In this document: piece after piece, positions 39,478-52,849 of the stretch | How positions within the stretch are numbered: position 1 is the stretch's first letter | Layout of the letters: each line of letters starts with the position of its first letter | Origin: Glaucostegus cemiculus | Taxonomy: Eukaryota | Length of the DNA: 64,000 nucleotides | Reading direction: 5' to 3' | Assembly (NCBI GenBank): GCA_976551045.1 | Contig: CDPCPM010000011.1 | Span: 6,324,001-6,388,000, forward strand | Position numbers and translations under genes: made by a program | Notes under the pieces: generated by a model | The model's input: only the letters and a program-made list of their open reading frames with translations | Told to the model about the DNA's origin: nothing | Databases searched by the model: none

Positions 39478-39699
39478 CTTCCAATCTGCCCTTTCACCAT
39501 CATGGATAGACAAAAACACCATCAAACAGTTCTAACTCACAATACTGATTCACAGATCACCAGCTCCTGCCAAGATCATTCTTCTGCAACTTCATTTTAG
39601 CTCGGCTCCATGGGCATAAGAGCTGTATTCTAGGTCCAAGGCGGGGTTGACTGCTATTAGCATCAAAGTTACATGTGATTGATCAAAAAACCCTGACAA

Positions 39700-39900
39700 A
39701 ACAAGCAGAGAGTGATGGTTGAGGGTTGTTTCTCAGAATGCAGGCCTGTGCCTAGTGGTGTGCCATTGGAGTCAGTGCTGGGACCTTTGTTATTTGTAAT
39801 TTATATAAACGATTTGGATGTGAATGTACAAGGCATGGTTAGTAAGTTTGTGCATGATGCTGAAATAGATGGTGTTGTAGATAATGTAGAAGGTTATGAA
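39700..39900 (+). mobile_element. CR1 reverse-transcriptase internal fragment
   Basis: SGVPLESVLGPLLFVIYINDLD...SKFVHD corresponds to the RT motifs GVPQGSVLGP, YINDL and FADD. Confidence 0.9.
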
Positions 39901-39949
39901 AAACATGCCAAGGCATCTGTGATCAAATGTGGGCAGTGGTGTGAGAAGG

Positions 39950-40250
39950 TTTCGGGTGAGAATTCTAGATGGTACATTAGTTGAAAGCTGTGCACTGATA
40001 GAGGCCCAGAGTGCAGAGTTAGGTCAGGGAAAGAGGAGTCAAAAGGTACATTCTAGGATGTAGGGACAAAGTAGATTGCAGAATGGAGTAAAACAATGAA
40101 GAATCTCAAAACATGAGTGACAATTTCCAAGTTGATGTATTGGAACATGGGCACTCAATTGGGATTAGCGATGCTGAGATATTAGGTGCTCAGGATCAAG
40201 TATGGGCTGGGACGTGGGAAGCAGAGTTCTGGATGAGATGAGGTTCATGA
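39950..40250 (-). mobile_element. Decayed L2-clade LINE ORF2 3' fragment
   Basis: Minus-strand HLIQNSASHV matches the L2 motif LQLIQNSAAR, followed by a degenerate KILILVF-like segment. Confidence 0.55.
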
Positions 40251-43200
40251 GGATTTAGGATGTGAGATATAAAGCACAGCAGAGGATTTAACAGGATAAG
40301 GAGGAAATAACAGAATGGCTACTGACTTGCTGATGTTGAAGTGGTGACGTTCAAGTTGTAATCCAGAGTCATGAGTTAAGTGAATTTCTGAAGGATTCAT
40401 GAACTTCATCATTCGAAGGAAACAAAATCAACCCTCTTTCATATAGTGCTACATTGTGGCTCATTTTGAGTTAAATCTTCTTTACAGAATAACAGAAGGC
40501 AACAACATTTTTAAATTGTTTGACTCTATACTGAAGTAGCAGACAGAGTAATACTATTAAATATTTATGCTTTTATTACAACATTGCACTGAATTTCTGG
40601 TGACATGTTTAGCAGAAATTCGCATGGAGTTTCCTTGATAGGCCATGGTAATTTTGTCAGTCTCTGATGTCTTCCAACAAAGTAGAGATATGTTATTTAT
40701 TTCTTGGGTGTATTGATTCTGGGAAATGGAAGGTCTAGTTGCAATTGTCTTCAGTTTCACTGGAGAATTTCAATCTTCTCACACTAAGACATGTGCTTTG
40801 AAGTAAGAACAAAGTATCCCTGGTTTAGATATCACCCAAGACTTGATTTTGAGAACTTAAGAATAAAGCAAGTCTTATATGATTGATTTTTTTCAACAGG
40901 TCAAGATCCAAGAAATCATATTTATGATGCCACGTAGTTCCTGAATCTTTCAATATTAAGTATACAGACACATTTTTGAAGAAATAGGAAAAGTCCATTT
41001 AATGCAAAATAAGGTCTGAAAGTAGATTAGCATTTTGCTAACTCTGACAAACAATAGGGGTCAACCCAAAGCCCTTGAATTCATGATGAAGCATGACATC
41101 ATTACATGCAGCAATGGTGTGCTCATGAATCATATTCCTCATGTTGACAGCTGATATGATAGTAATTAAGTATTGCTTGTCTGATCCCAGTAATATTGCC
41201 TGCACATTGTGGAAACTCTAGCTTCCTCTGAATTGCAGGCTATCCCAAATAATAAATTTATGCCTCTGCTCACAAATATAATAATGAAGATAGGTGTTCT
41301 TTCATAACATAGCCAGAATGTACAAGACACATCCAGAAGAATCAAATGCACAACAGAAAGGAAGTGCAACTACAGTCACTGAATGCAAGGAGTTAGCACT
41401 TGGGCTCAACCTGGAGAATCTTACCAGCACATTTAACACTGCATTAAAGCAATGAATCTTCTGAACTCTTCCCTCTGCCTGTCAGTCCAAATGGGTTTAA
41501 TCTTGTTAAAACTCTGTGAAACTACATTAGCATGCTGATTGATTGCCTTATACATGAGGATAGTACTATATTAATAAAAAAACATAGACTCAGGTAGAAA
41601 TGAGCAGGGAGTGAATATGCACATAGAGCTTTAATTTATTCGGTGCAAATCATGTGCCCTGTTCACCTTTGAGTGCCATTTAAAATTAATGTGTGTGATC
41701 GAGACTGCACCGCACTGAATTTGGCATCATTCTTAAACACTAATACTAAACTAATATTTCACGTTACAGATCCAAGTCAGTTGCACTCTCATTATTTAAT
41801 ACATATCATTGACAGCTGAAGCATTATTTAATGTCTGAAGTAATTTTACCCTGCTATCCTCCAAAAACAAGTAGGATAATGTAATAAAATCAATAACTCA
41901 TATAAACTGAAGCGTGCTCTATGATTGTTCCTGGGCACAATTCATATTAACTTACATACTGGGCAAAACGAATTCACTCTATGGGACAATAATGATTACC
42001 TGGAGGAGGAGTGAAGCAGATAACTAAATATTTACATCAAATGAAGGGGTAAAGAGAAAGAAAACTAACACATTTTTATTTAAGGGAAGGAAAAAAATGC
42101 TTGGAGTGCGTGCCAGGTTAGGTTGTAGATCTGTATTCGAAGGAAGTTCTGGCTGACTGGTCGCCTTGTGTTAGACGCTGTTAATGCCCAAGCTCCATCA
42201 CATAAGACAGGACCTTCTGCTCTGGGAGTACCAATTCTACCATTCTGCTGGTACACAGTTCATGGGAATTATTGAGAGATTCTTTTCATGAAAGAAGATT
42301 GTGACATTTATTTCACTAAAATAAAGATCCAAAAGAGGTTTCATAAGCATAGCGGTTTTGAGATGATAAATAGAGAAACACTAGGTCAGATCATGCTGGC
42401 CTCATGCTTTTTAGGAATCACCACCTGTTGTCACTCCTCCCCCATACTTACCTGCTCTGACTGCAGTGGACCAATCTCACTGGCCTGAAGCATCCAGGAC
42501 CCCAGAGCACGATGCAGCAGCTGCAGCACCTTGGGAGGTGCAGTGAGAAATCCCCAACCCCAGAATACTGGCTTCAGCCTTGGACAGCCAGCAAAACCCT
42601 GTCAAGCACCGTCAGCAGTAAAAGCTGTAAGAGTGTTCATATTTTTAAATGTCTCTGACATTCAGAAATATTAAAAAGAAAACTGTAAAGGTTGAAGTAA
42701 ATAATTAAAAGAATTAAAAGTAAATAATTACTAAAAAAGCTAAGAACACTTATAAATAATTAAAACAATAAATCAATGCAAAATAATTGAAAAGGTAATT
42801 TACCTTGCTCTTTTTTTTCTCAGCCAAATCTGCACCATACTATTTAACAGGTAGCAAGGCTGGGAGCCTTATGTCATTGGATTCCTCTAGGTCATGAAAG
42901 ATACTGGAGAAATGAAACTTCAGTTCTTCTTTGGTCAGTGATACTAATTCTTGCTGATCAGCAGTTTCACCCTGACAATGGCATGCTCATTGTTTGAGAA
43001 GATTACATTCAGTGATGTATCACATGGCACATGTTTAAAATAACTGCATACTTCACTGAATCTGAAAGATGAAAGTTTCAATACATTCACTTGAAAGTCT
43101 GGAACAAGATGCTTTTCCTTGGTTTCCTAAGATTTTTTGTTCTGTGTAATTTGTATTCAGATTATTTAGTTCTGCCTTATACAGTGGACTGCAGTATTTG

Positions 43201-43692
43201 CCCAAGGTGCAAGTATGTATTAACTTGTTCTTTTCTATGCTTTTTCAAAAAAAACATTTCAACAAAATAAATCCACAGCAGAAAAAATATTGTTGGAAAT
43301 ATGATGTTGGCAACTATTTTACATTCTGATCTGCCAGACTTTGTTTTGGGAATGGATACTGTGTCTTTGTAATTACATTGAAATGAAACAAGAGAGAGAC
43401 TGGGAGAACAGTCTAAAACTAACAGGAGTGTAGATGGACTCAGGTGTAAGTTGACTAAATGGAATAAGGTCATTTTGAGTGCAGGACTATCCACTGTGAC
43501 TCTGCTGGACTGATCAATAACTGTTATTGCTGTTCATTAATCAGCTACAATATTTTACAGCTCTGTTAGCTGTCTGTGGTGGAGGGAGACATTAAGTTGT
43601 GTGTATTTATGAGAAATACATGCAATCAGTGAATGAAATTCAAACCATTTTATATCTGTCCACATGGCAAGTAGATTTTGAAATAAAACACT

Positions 43693-43773
43693 GTTCCAGA
43701 AGTTGGCTCACCACCACCTTCTCAAGGGCAAGGATGGACAATAAATGCTCATCTTGTCAGTGATGCCCACCCC
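43693..43773 (+). mobile_element. LINE 3'-terminal fragment (CR1-group; ORF-end piece probably of the same family at 48136-48270, minus)
   Basis: gctcaccaccaccttctcaagggca..ggatggacaataaatgct..gatgcccac has the layout of an ORF end (AHHHLLKG), a 3'UTR and an AATAAA. Confidence 0.55.
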
Positions 43774-44299
43774 AAGTTCTGTCTGGGGTACAACAAATTA
43801 GGTGCCTATTTCTTTCTAAAACAAAATCAATTTCAGCCAGTGGAATGCCTTGGAACGCTTCAAAAATTAGAGTTACAGAATTGTGCTTTGCAATATCCAC
43901 AGTCTTGTCACTGGTTTTTCTGGCATTTGATGTGCAATTCCTGCAAGCACATTTTCATGGTGTCTTACACCAACCGCCATGTCGGTAAGGGCCATATTAG
44001 TATTGTGCATCTGGGAGTGTGGACAGTAGGCAAAGCATGATATCAATAAAATGTTGATTTGCTCAATCATGTTACAACTATGTAGCCAGTGCCAAATGTT
44101 CAACACATGGTAAAACCAGCATTTAGCAACAGAATGGTACCACCGCCTCTCTATCATGTTTGAAGGGCTTATTAATTACTTTAAGGTTTGGTGGTGAATA
44201 ATTTGAATAAGCGTTGGTTTTAAGCAAATGCTGTTTGATCTCTGGAAGTGTTTCAAAATCTACAGAGAATGGTGCCGTGACCTCCAAACTTGCTAAGTC

Positions 44300-45230
44300 T
44301 CCAAGTCTTCCAGTCTCCATATGTTGTCAGATATGGGGACATCAGAGGCTGTTCTTCTCCACATTGAGCAGGAAATTGAGGAGAGGATACACAGGGTAGG
44401 GCTGCCCATTACACGTGAGAAGAGGGGGAAGGAGAGAATTCAACACGAAGAAGGGGAGATTGTAGAGGAAGGAGGCAACATTGTGAAAATGTTTCTACTC
44501 AGCAATTAACCCAACTCTAATTTCAAATTCAGAATATAATTCCTCATTCTCCTATATTTCCCATTTAACCTTATAATGTTGCCCTTCATCTCAGCATCCT
44601 TTTGACCACAAAATAAAAAGAAACACACAAAGTCAATATTCCACACCATAATCACACGTCCAATCAAGGAGCAAATCCATACAAACAGCAATCAATCACT
44701 CTTCTGCATCCTCTTAGCACCTATTTACCCATCCTGGTGATCCTATGCTATGTAACCACCAGTGGTTAACACGTGCCTCATGGAAGATTGCTCATTTGGA
44801 ATTGATGAGGCTGCAGATGAACTTGCAGGGTGACCTTAGGCCTAGAAGGCCAAGAGTGGCAACAGTTTGGGCTGGCTGCCTGATGCGAACTGCATGGGCA
44901 CTGGTGGAGCAGCAGGACTTGGATCAAGAATGCTCTCAGACCAAGAGAAGGCAGAAGGTTCCCTCTCCAAAAGGTCATTGCCTAAGAAACAGTCGCTGGT
45001 TTGCTGTGATGTCCTCAAATCCCATTTGAACAATAGTACCTGGAGCCAAGAGGCCAGATCTCGGAGCTCCCATGTAGTGCTCAGTGGTTTGAAGTTAGGT
45101 GGCTTCTGCTTGTGTTGCAATGAAAACTGAGATATGAGCCACGGGTTGTGGTATGATGTTTGGGTATGGAGCTGGGCACCACTTCCATTATAGAAAGGAT
45201 GGATCCCAAGCTCATCACTAAACCCCACAC
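44300..45230. mobile_element. Putative decayed PIF/Harbinger element (convergent transposase N-terminus and accessory-gene C-terminus)
   Basis: A plus-strand charged peptide (IEQEIEERIHR..REKRGKER) faces minus-strand peptides QAEAT, TIVQMGFEDITANQRLFLRQ and HRITRMGK. It is homologous to 7080-8000. Confidence 0.3.
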
Positions 45231-45349
45231 ACTATCACATGCTGAACTGTCACTACTCTTTTGACATTGTATCCAAGCTTTCTGGCAAGCTTCCCAAACT
45301 TTTCATTGTCCTCTTTACCTGTCCAGTCATCCTATGTTATATGATACCA

Positions 45350-45795
45350 GTGACTAACATGTGGCTCATACCTAACTCTCTGTATTCCTCAATACTCCTT
45401 AGGACCTTACCATGCATGGTGCCTGTCCTAGCCTCGTTAGTACTCCCAAAATGCATCTCCTCATATTTATCAGGATGAAGCTCCATCTGCCATTTCTCAG
45501 CCCATTTCACCAACACATCACAATCACCCTGTAGCCTAAGTCTAACCCCCATATTGTCAACAACTCCACCAGTCTTCACATCATCTGTGAACTTACTGGT
45601 CACATCATCTACATCCACATCCAAATCATTCACTTATATTACAACCAGCAAGGGTCTCAGCACCAGTCCATGTGGAACACCACAAGCCCTAGGCAGTCAA
45701 TCACACACAAAAAAATTCTCTACCCTCAGCCTATGTCTCCTGTTGCCAAGCCAGTCTTGGATCTAATTTGCCAACTTGTCCTGGATCCCAAGGGT
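45350..45795 (-). mobile_element. CR1 reverse-transcriptase fragment
   Basis: ORF 45337..45633: NDLDVDVDDVTSKFTDDVKTGG...LQGDCDVLVKWAEKWQMELHPDKYEEMHFG, which are CR1 RT motifs FADD and WQMxFNxxKC. Confidence 0.92.
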
Positions 45796-46645
45796 GTTTT
45801 CATCAGCATCCATAATGTTTCTCTGCCTTGAAAGGTGCAGCCTGGTTTCAATCAGAACAAGTTTAAGCTGGTGTTAGTCACTTGCAAATTGGGCCCTGCT
45901 GCAAGGCCAGAAACAGTAGGGTTGGCACTACTTAATCACTGAAATTGCATTAATGAATTTTCAGCACAGATTTTAAGCATACTCTGCCCAGGGTCATACA
46001 AACACAAATTAACTGCACATCATGATCCCACAATTGATTTTCCAGCACTACTCAATTTTGTCCTCAATATTTTGAGACCTGCTTTTAATCATAATTTCCT
46101 TCTGTTGGCAGAGCATCCACAGTAGTTTCAGAATTTTTTCGCCATCCGTTATTCCAGTTCAACGGGGAACTCTTATTGACTTTACAATGAGGTGACTGAT
46201 TTTTCTTCTTTCAATCTACCTCAGGCAGTGGCACATTTTATATTTACGTGACTGCAGATTATTTGGATGCTGTTGGGCATGTAAGCAGGAATTTTGAACT
46301 GTTAAAGTTTTCTGTTACAACATATGTGAGCTCTGCACGTGGAGGCAGATTTTACGATGTTTGGTTATACCACTGTCGGTTATGTTTAGTACACTTTCTG
46401 TTCCGAGATTTGCCAGTCATTGTGCCAGTAACATAAATACTCCCAGTACTGATTTTACATTTTGCTATATGCAAGCAACAATTTAAAGGCTAGCATGATC
46501 CAAGTAATAGTGGATGTGCTAGACTCGCATTGGCATTACCCAGTATTAATCAGTGACCACGTTTGAAACTGATCCAGGAAAGTCGGAATATTTTCCCAAA
46601 GCAGTCGCAAAGTATTTTCCACTTTACAACAACTTGAAGACTGGG

Positions 46646-46900
46646 AAGGGGACCTAAGGATCAAGTTTTTCCACACAGAGGGTGGTGGGGATATGGAACT
46701 AGCTGCAAGAGAAAGTGGTAGAGGCAGGTAGAATTACAATGCTTAAAGACATTTAGACAGGTACATGGTTAGGAAAGGTCTGGAGGAAAATGGACCAAAT
46801 GCAGGCAAATGGGACTAGCTCAGGTCAGTCACACGGTTGGCATGGACGAATTGGGACAAACAGCCTGTTTTGGTGCTGTATGACTATTTAGAGTCTCTCT
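46646..46900 (+). mobile_element. CR1-type LINE 3' end
   Basis: FFHTEGG/QRVVGIWN*LQEKVVEAG peptide traces. The 3'UTR matches 6870-6970. Confidence 0.88.
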
Positions 46901-47639
46901 AAGTAGTTTTAACCTGCAGCAAACCGATGTTCTGAAGAGTCCTTCTGTAGCTCTTTGTGTTGGAATTAGGGGTATGTTGGGATGTTTATTATGCAGTGAG
47001 ACTATTATGTCAGAGGTTTCCAAAGTCATGGAAATTATAATAGTAACATATAATGTGGTAGGCAGTTTTACAGTGATAGATGTCATATGAATGATGCTCA
47101 AATTTCAGCATTATTATAGACAAGGAAAGTACATATGACATTCTTTCCATTGAATCTCTTCTCTGTTCTATTTAATACAATCTATCTGTACCACAATTAC
47201 TATTATACTGTTGAATATCAACATAATGGCTGAAATTCTCCATTTCGCTGCAGCTGTCCATAACTGTACAATTACAGGAATAATACTGATGGATGACTGC
47301 AATAAAATCTTAAATGTTTTTTTGGATTGTAGAAAATATTACATTTGTAAATTACTCATTGAACTGCTGTATATTCACATTTTGCAAACTGACTTATAAA
47401 TAGTAAATATTTTGTTCCCTGATACCAATTGTTAGTTTCAAATGTTTTGAGAGATTGAACACAAAAAAGTAGGGTTGTTTCATGCCACAGAAACAAAACA
47501 TGGTTTTTTTAAAAGGTACACTTTAGCAAAAGTAAGGGGACTCCTGTGCAATGCAAAATTGATTTTACCCAGAGGGAATCATATTTACGTTTTTCTTTGA
47601 ATAAAATTTCAATCATTGCAAAACTATACAGGGCACTTG

Positions 47640-47918
47640 CCATCGAGTCATACGGCAAAGAACGTGTATCAATTGCTCATTATATCCATGCTGACCATCA
47701 GGTACCAATCTATACTATTCCAAGTTGGTCCTTAGCAATCCAAATGCTCATCTAATTTCTTCTTAAATGTTGTGAGCGAACCTGCCTCCACTCAGCCAGT
47801 GCGTTCCAGATTCTAAAACCTTTCTGGGTAAAAAAGTTCTTCCTCTGATCCCCTCTAAAGCTCCCACTCCTTACCATAAACCTATGCCCTCTGGTTACAC
47901 ACTCCTCTGCCCTGGGGA
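47640..47918 (-). mobile_element. Decayed CR1-type LINE 3' end
   Basis: Minus-strand TRGHRFMVR..NFFTQKGFRIWNAL traces and a gtatgactc tail. Confidence 0.8.
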
Positions 47919-47919
47919 A

Positions 47920-48135
47920 CTGCAGATGCTGGAATCTAGATGAAAAGCACGATGATGCTGGATGAACCCAGCAGGCCAGACAGCATCCGTGGAGAAAAGC
48001 AGGCGATCAATGTTTCAGGTCAGGACCCTTCTTCAAGGTCCTGAGATAGTGTTCTTACCTGAAACATTACTCGCCTGCTCTTCTCCATGAATACTGTCTG
48101 GCCTGCTGAGTTCCTCCAGTATCATTGTGTTTTTC
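47920..48135. mobile_element. Fold-back Penelope-derived element, copy 6, with the best-preserved hammerhead-like core
   Basis: Arms of about 90 nt (gatgctggatgaacccagcaggccagacagcatccgtggagaaaagcaggcga versus tcgcctgctcttctccatgaatactgtctggcctgctgagttcctccagtatc). The minus-strand core is TTGAAGA-AGGGTCCTGACCT-GAAAC at 48012-48036. Confidence 0.82.
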
Positions 48136-48284
48136 TTCTGGTGAAGGTGTTCTCTCAGAACGTTTGAGTCAGGAGTCTGAAGATTTAAAGCCAGTGATGA
48201 TGAAGCATTAGTGATATTTTTCCAAGTCAAGATGGTGTACAACTTGGAAGGAAACCTGCAGGTTGTGGTGACTGGGCAAGAATA

Positions 48285-48477
48285 GCAGATCTCTTTCTGT
48301 AAAAAAAACAGTAGGAAATCATATTTTTTTAACGACAACTTGGTAGTTTTGTGCTTATCATTACTTAGACTGGATTTTCTTTGTAATTCCAGATTATTAA
48401 CTGTATTTAAGTTCCTCAGCTGTTGCACCGGAATTCAAACTTGCATTTTGTATTGTTAACCCAGGTTGCTTAGTCCA
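48285..48477 (-). mobile_element. Old tRNA-headed SINE (same family as 14622-14819)
   Basis: Shared segments ttttaacgacaacttggtagtttt..cattact and atttaagttcctcagctg..ggaattcaaac. Confidence 0.55.
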
Positions 48478-49715
48478 CTTGAAAGCTCTTCATGGAGATC
48501 TCTTTCAGGGAATGTGCAGCATGAGATTTTTTTTTAGCGTGCTTTCAAATGACTTTTCATCCAAGTTAATCATTTGTTATGGGGAATCTGAATGGGCAGC
48601 AGTGTTGCATGCAATGACATGGCAGTGCACTTAACTGGGACCAGTCCAATTTCCAGGCTGAAAAACACAGAAGGGAAGGTACATATTTCTATGTATTTAC
48701 TGTTAAGAATCTTATGGAAGGCACATATTTCCTGTAAAAGCTTACTTCTAGTGCCCATGACTATTTAGTCATACTTTCCTGTCAAAATATTAGCATTACA
48801 ACATGTCAACATTTCCCATTCAATTTTGCCAGATTAATTGTCATGATGTCTTTCAGCTTCTGGCCATTAAGTACCCCCATGGGGCGAGTTTCTGACATTG
48901 CACTCAATTCTGTTTTGCATTCACAAAAAAAAGCTTATATTCATTAACTGACCATGGGCGATTTAATGGTAATAAATACATTTGTTGAGAAGTGCATTTT
49001 ACCCTACTGTTCCTCTTCACTTGCTGCATTTACTTATTTATGCTTGAGTGATGTATGAAAGTCAAACATTATTTAAAATAAATTTAAAGAATTGGATGCT
49101 GATGAACTCTAAGAGTATGAACATTTTTGACTCATCTGTCATGTGCATCAAATTCAAAAAATCTCATGCATTTTATAGAATCTCATTTCCTATTAGATAA
49201 AGACTTGTCACTCTCAGAAAGTTGATTTCATTAGCTGTGACAGCTAAATCCAGACCCAGTGTTAAATCTGTGAGGAGATGTTAAATTTTCTTTTCATAGT
49301 GCAATGCCCCACAGCAATTTCAACCATTGACATACTGCACACAGACCCTTTTCATTCTCTACCATTATAAATGTGAGATGTTCTTTAAGAGGAAAACCCA
49401 CTGACTGAATTTAATAAAGCAATCAAATTTGAACAACTATCTCTGCTCTGTCCCAATTTTATACCATTGGTGAATGTAGTAGTGGTGGCTGAATTCTTAT
49501 TTTTCAGTGCAGCTCCCAATCACTGTGCAATTCTAGTTGTTCTGTTGATGGTGGTGTACAACAATGTTTCACAACATTTTGCCAGCCTCATACTACTAAC
49601 AGCCATCCACATGTTATATCCTTCCCAATAAATAAATAATAGACAGATAAATAGCAAATGGGTCAAAAGGCTTCCTTCTGTGTTATATCAATTGAATAAC
49701 TCATTTCTGCTATTG

Positions 49716-50010
49716 GTGAGAAGACTGAATGTCCAAATCCCACTGCAGGATTTGGGCATGTAATGCTAAAATTGAAACTTCATTGCAAGATAGAGGTAGT
49801 GCTGAGCTGTTGAGCTACTGCCCTTTGGCTGTTTAAGGTAGATAGTAATGATGTCAATAAGATTACTCAATGCATAAATGGTCATTGTAATGTGAAATGT
49901 ACTACGTATAGAAAAACTGCCAATACGTTCACTCACTGTGCTTCAAAGAAGTAAATGTAATAAGGAATGTGTCAAAATGTTGAGATATGGATTAAGCCCT
50001 TTGTAAATAA
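49716..50010 (+). mobile_element. Strongly decayed Deu-domain SINE
   Basis: Head gagaagactgaatgtccaaatcccactgcagga..gggcatgtaat, then gtgctgagctgttg, ggtcattgt and cttcaaagaagta in family order. Confidence 0.4.
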
Positions 50011-51460
50011 ACACATCTACAACATGTTAAAGATCAGTTTGTAAATACTTTGTGTGTCAACTTTCCTGTCAAGAAGTCTCAAAGTGTGATTTCGCATTAA
50101 AACTAGGATTGGGAACCATTTGATTTCAATCACGCCAGTTCTAGAGTCTCTAATTTGTATCCCTCAACACTGCAGCTTGTACTGCAGAGAAACTCCTTTG
50201 TCCCAGCTTCATAAGTTTTATCCATGTTTGTCAAAGTATCATTCAAAAAGGGAAAAATAATCAACTTCAAAATGGGAATTGATTTCTTTCTGTAGATTTC
50301 AGTCCATTAATTTCTCCAGCTTGATCTTTAACCAAAGGCTATACTTCCTTCCCTATACTGCAAATATGCAAGTCACCTGGACATGCAGATCAGGGAGGCA
50401 GGTGTCATTATTTGGTGAGGTAGAGTGAGAAAGATGTGACCATTGATCAAGGGTACCTAAACACCAGTGATCTCAATTTTTATGTCACAGTTTATGTCCT
50501 TATTTTACCAAGGTAAATAATCCCCAGAAAACACCAAGTGCAATGAGGCACCAGAATGACTCGAGCAGTGGAAAAAAAAGTCAGCTTGAAGGAAGCAATG
50601 CTGGAATAATGAAAGTTACACGACAGGGTGTAAAACCAGCAAGGCACAGGCTACAGGAACATAGGACTGAGTGTGGCTGAAGGGCATAAATCTGCATGAT
50701 TTAAGTTGAGGACTAGTTGTTAGCAGGACCAGAAACTTCAACAGTTTGATTGATAAACATACCTGCAACAAATACATTTTTTTTATTTTCATATCATTAT
50801 CATTATCAGGCCCTATCTCTTATTAGTCATTTTGCTTTCCTCTCCAGCTAATGCTAATTGTGCACCATTTCCCTCCAGTGTTACAGTTACACTCTCTAAT
50901 TTAAGTAGATGACACATTTCTTTCTACATTATCAGCTGTAAGTTTGCCTTCCAAAGACTGAAAGCAACAGAGGGAAGTTCAGTTAGATTGAGGAATGGGG
51001 CTGAGCTTAAAAAAGGGAGAGACAGCTCAAGAGAGAAAAAGAGAAACATGCATTTTTAACTCAACCGAACTGCCAGTGAGTCAAAAACAACATGCAAAAT
51101 GAGCAGAGATATTTTCCCTATACACATTGGGCCATCCAAACTCGCCAGTCTCCTGATCTTGGATCACTGTTCTGTCCAGCATTGCCTTGGGTGCGATCTT
51201 CCACTGGGAGGCTGTCTCCCAGCCGATTGGCAAAGCCCTGTGCACAGCAAGGCGTCTCCAAGCATGTGGCTGGCTTCATTCCCACCGAGCCACAAAATGA
51301 TATTAGGATAGACAGCCAGAAGGTTAGTCAAAGGGAAAGGTTTTAAGGAATATCTGGGGGAGAAGTGAGAAGGTGCTGGGAGAGAGAATTTCAGACCCAC
51401 AAGCCTAAATAATGGAATCAGGGAAATATATGGTACCTAAGGAGGCCATTTGAAAGCAAA

Positions 51461-51650
51461 TCAGAAAGAAAATGCTGGAAGTATTCAGCAGGTCAGGCAG
51501 CATCTGCAGAGAGGAGAACAAAGGTAGCATCTCAGATCAATGCACTAAGGACCTTATTATGATGAAAGGTTGTGGACCTGAAACATTAACTGTTCCTCTC
51601 TCCCCGCATGCTGGCTGGCTTGCTAAGTTTTTCCACAATGTCCTGGTTTT
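51461..51650. mobile_element. Fold-back Penelope-derived element, copy 7
   Basis: aatgctggaagtattcagcaggtcaggcagcatc versus catgctggctggcttgctaagtttttccacaat. Core ATGATGA-AAGGTTGTGGACCT-GAAAC at 51559-51584. Confidence 0.72.
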
Positions 51651-51781
51651 AATTGAAGCATTCCTATCTTTATACTGTAGGATCAGTTCACTCAACTTAC
51701 CAGAAAATCAATAATTTAGTGTCAACATTGTTTATAAACCTCTCCATTCCTGTTCAGAAGGTCATTTATATGGGCTGGATG

Positions 51782-52540
51782 AGAAAGACAGAAACACTTG
51801 TATTTACATTGCTGCTTTCATAATCTTATAATATATGCACAGTGGCATAGCTGGAAGAGTTTCAGCAACATGGGTTCAATCCAGACCTTTCGTGGAATTT
51901 GCACATTTCTCATGTGACTGCATGGGTTTCTCTTGGGTGTTCAGGTTTCTTCCTACATCCCACAGGCAGTGTATTGTAGGTTAAGTTGATGCTGTAAATT
52001 GCACCTGGTGTGCTGGTGAGTGATAGGCCCTGGGAGAGTTGATAGGAAGGTGAGGAGAATAGGTTTCAGGGAAAATTAATGAGGGAATGGGAGCTGATGT
52101 AATCTCAATGGGTCAAATGGCCACCTTCTATGTCATAAGGAAACATGAAATGAAAAAAAATCCCAAAACATCTGAGATTCAGAGTGTTTTTGAAGCATCA
52201 TCATTATTGTAATGTAAGAGTTACAACAGCCATTAAATGCACTGCAAACTCCCAAAAATAGCAATATAATCAAAGTTAGTTATGCTTTTTGCTGGAAGAC
52301 AAATATTGGAGTGATACTGAGGATATTCCACCAAAATATACCATGGAATGTTAGACACCCACTTGAGAAAGCACATGGCCTTGATTCAGTTTTAATCTAA
52401 AAGACAGCATCTCTAACAACACAGCATATCTTCAGTACTACATTGGTATGCCAGGGTAGGTTACTGTGATCAAGCTTTTAGAGTTCTGAGCTGAAATATG
52501 CAAAAATGATACCTAGGGAGCAGTGTCTGATACAAAGCTG
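51782..52540 (-). mobile_element. Deu-domain SINE split by a nested V-SINE
   Basis: The tail aaagacagaaacacttgtatttacattgctgctttca (51784-51820) resumes at about 52160 (tcccaaaaca..ttgtaatgtaag..gcaaactcccaaaaatagcaat..aaaagacagcatctctaacaa..cagtactacattgg). Confidence 0.65.
51837..52152 (+). mobile_element. V-SINE (HE1-like) with long CR1-like tail
   Basis: A box tggcatagctgg, B box ggttcaatcc, core ggaatttgcacatttctcatgtgactgcatgggtttc and tail atgggtcaaatggccaccttct. Confidence 0.82.
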
Positions 52541-52849
52541 ATAAATGGCATCAGAGATGGAGATTATTCATTTTTTATATAAGAGTAATGCTGCAATAAC
52601 AATCAAAAATAAATAAGAGTGTATCAAATCTGACTGAGTTCGGTCATTGTCAGAACTGTCTAAATGTCACTTCAGGATTTCTACATTTACTGGTTTGTAG
52701 ACTCTCACCACTAAGTGAGACACTTATTGATATAGTGCAAGTCATTTTTTAATAAGACATCATGAATATCTTATGAACTCATTCTTTTTGCTCTTGAACA
52801 GTCAGTAACAAATTTTTCCAAGTAGTAGGCGAGGACAGACTCAACTCAC

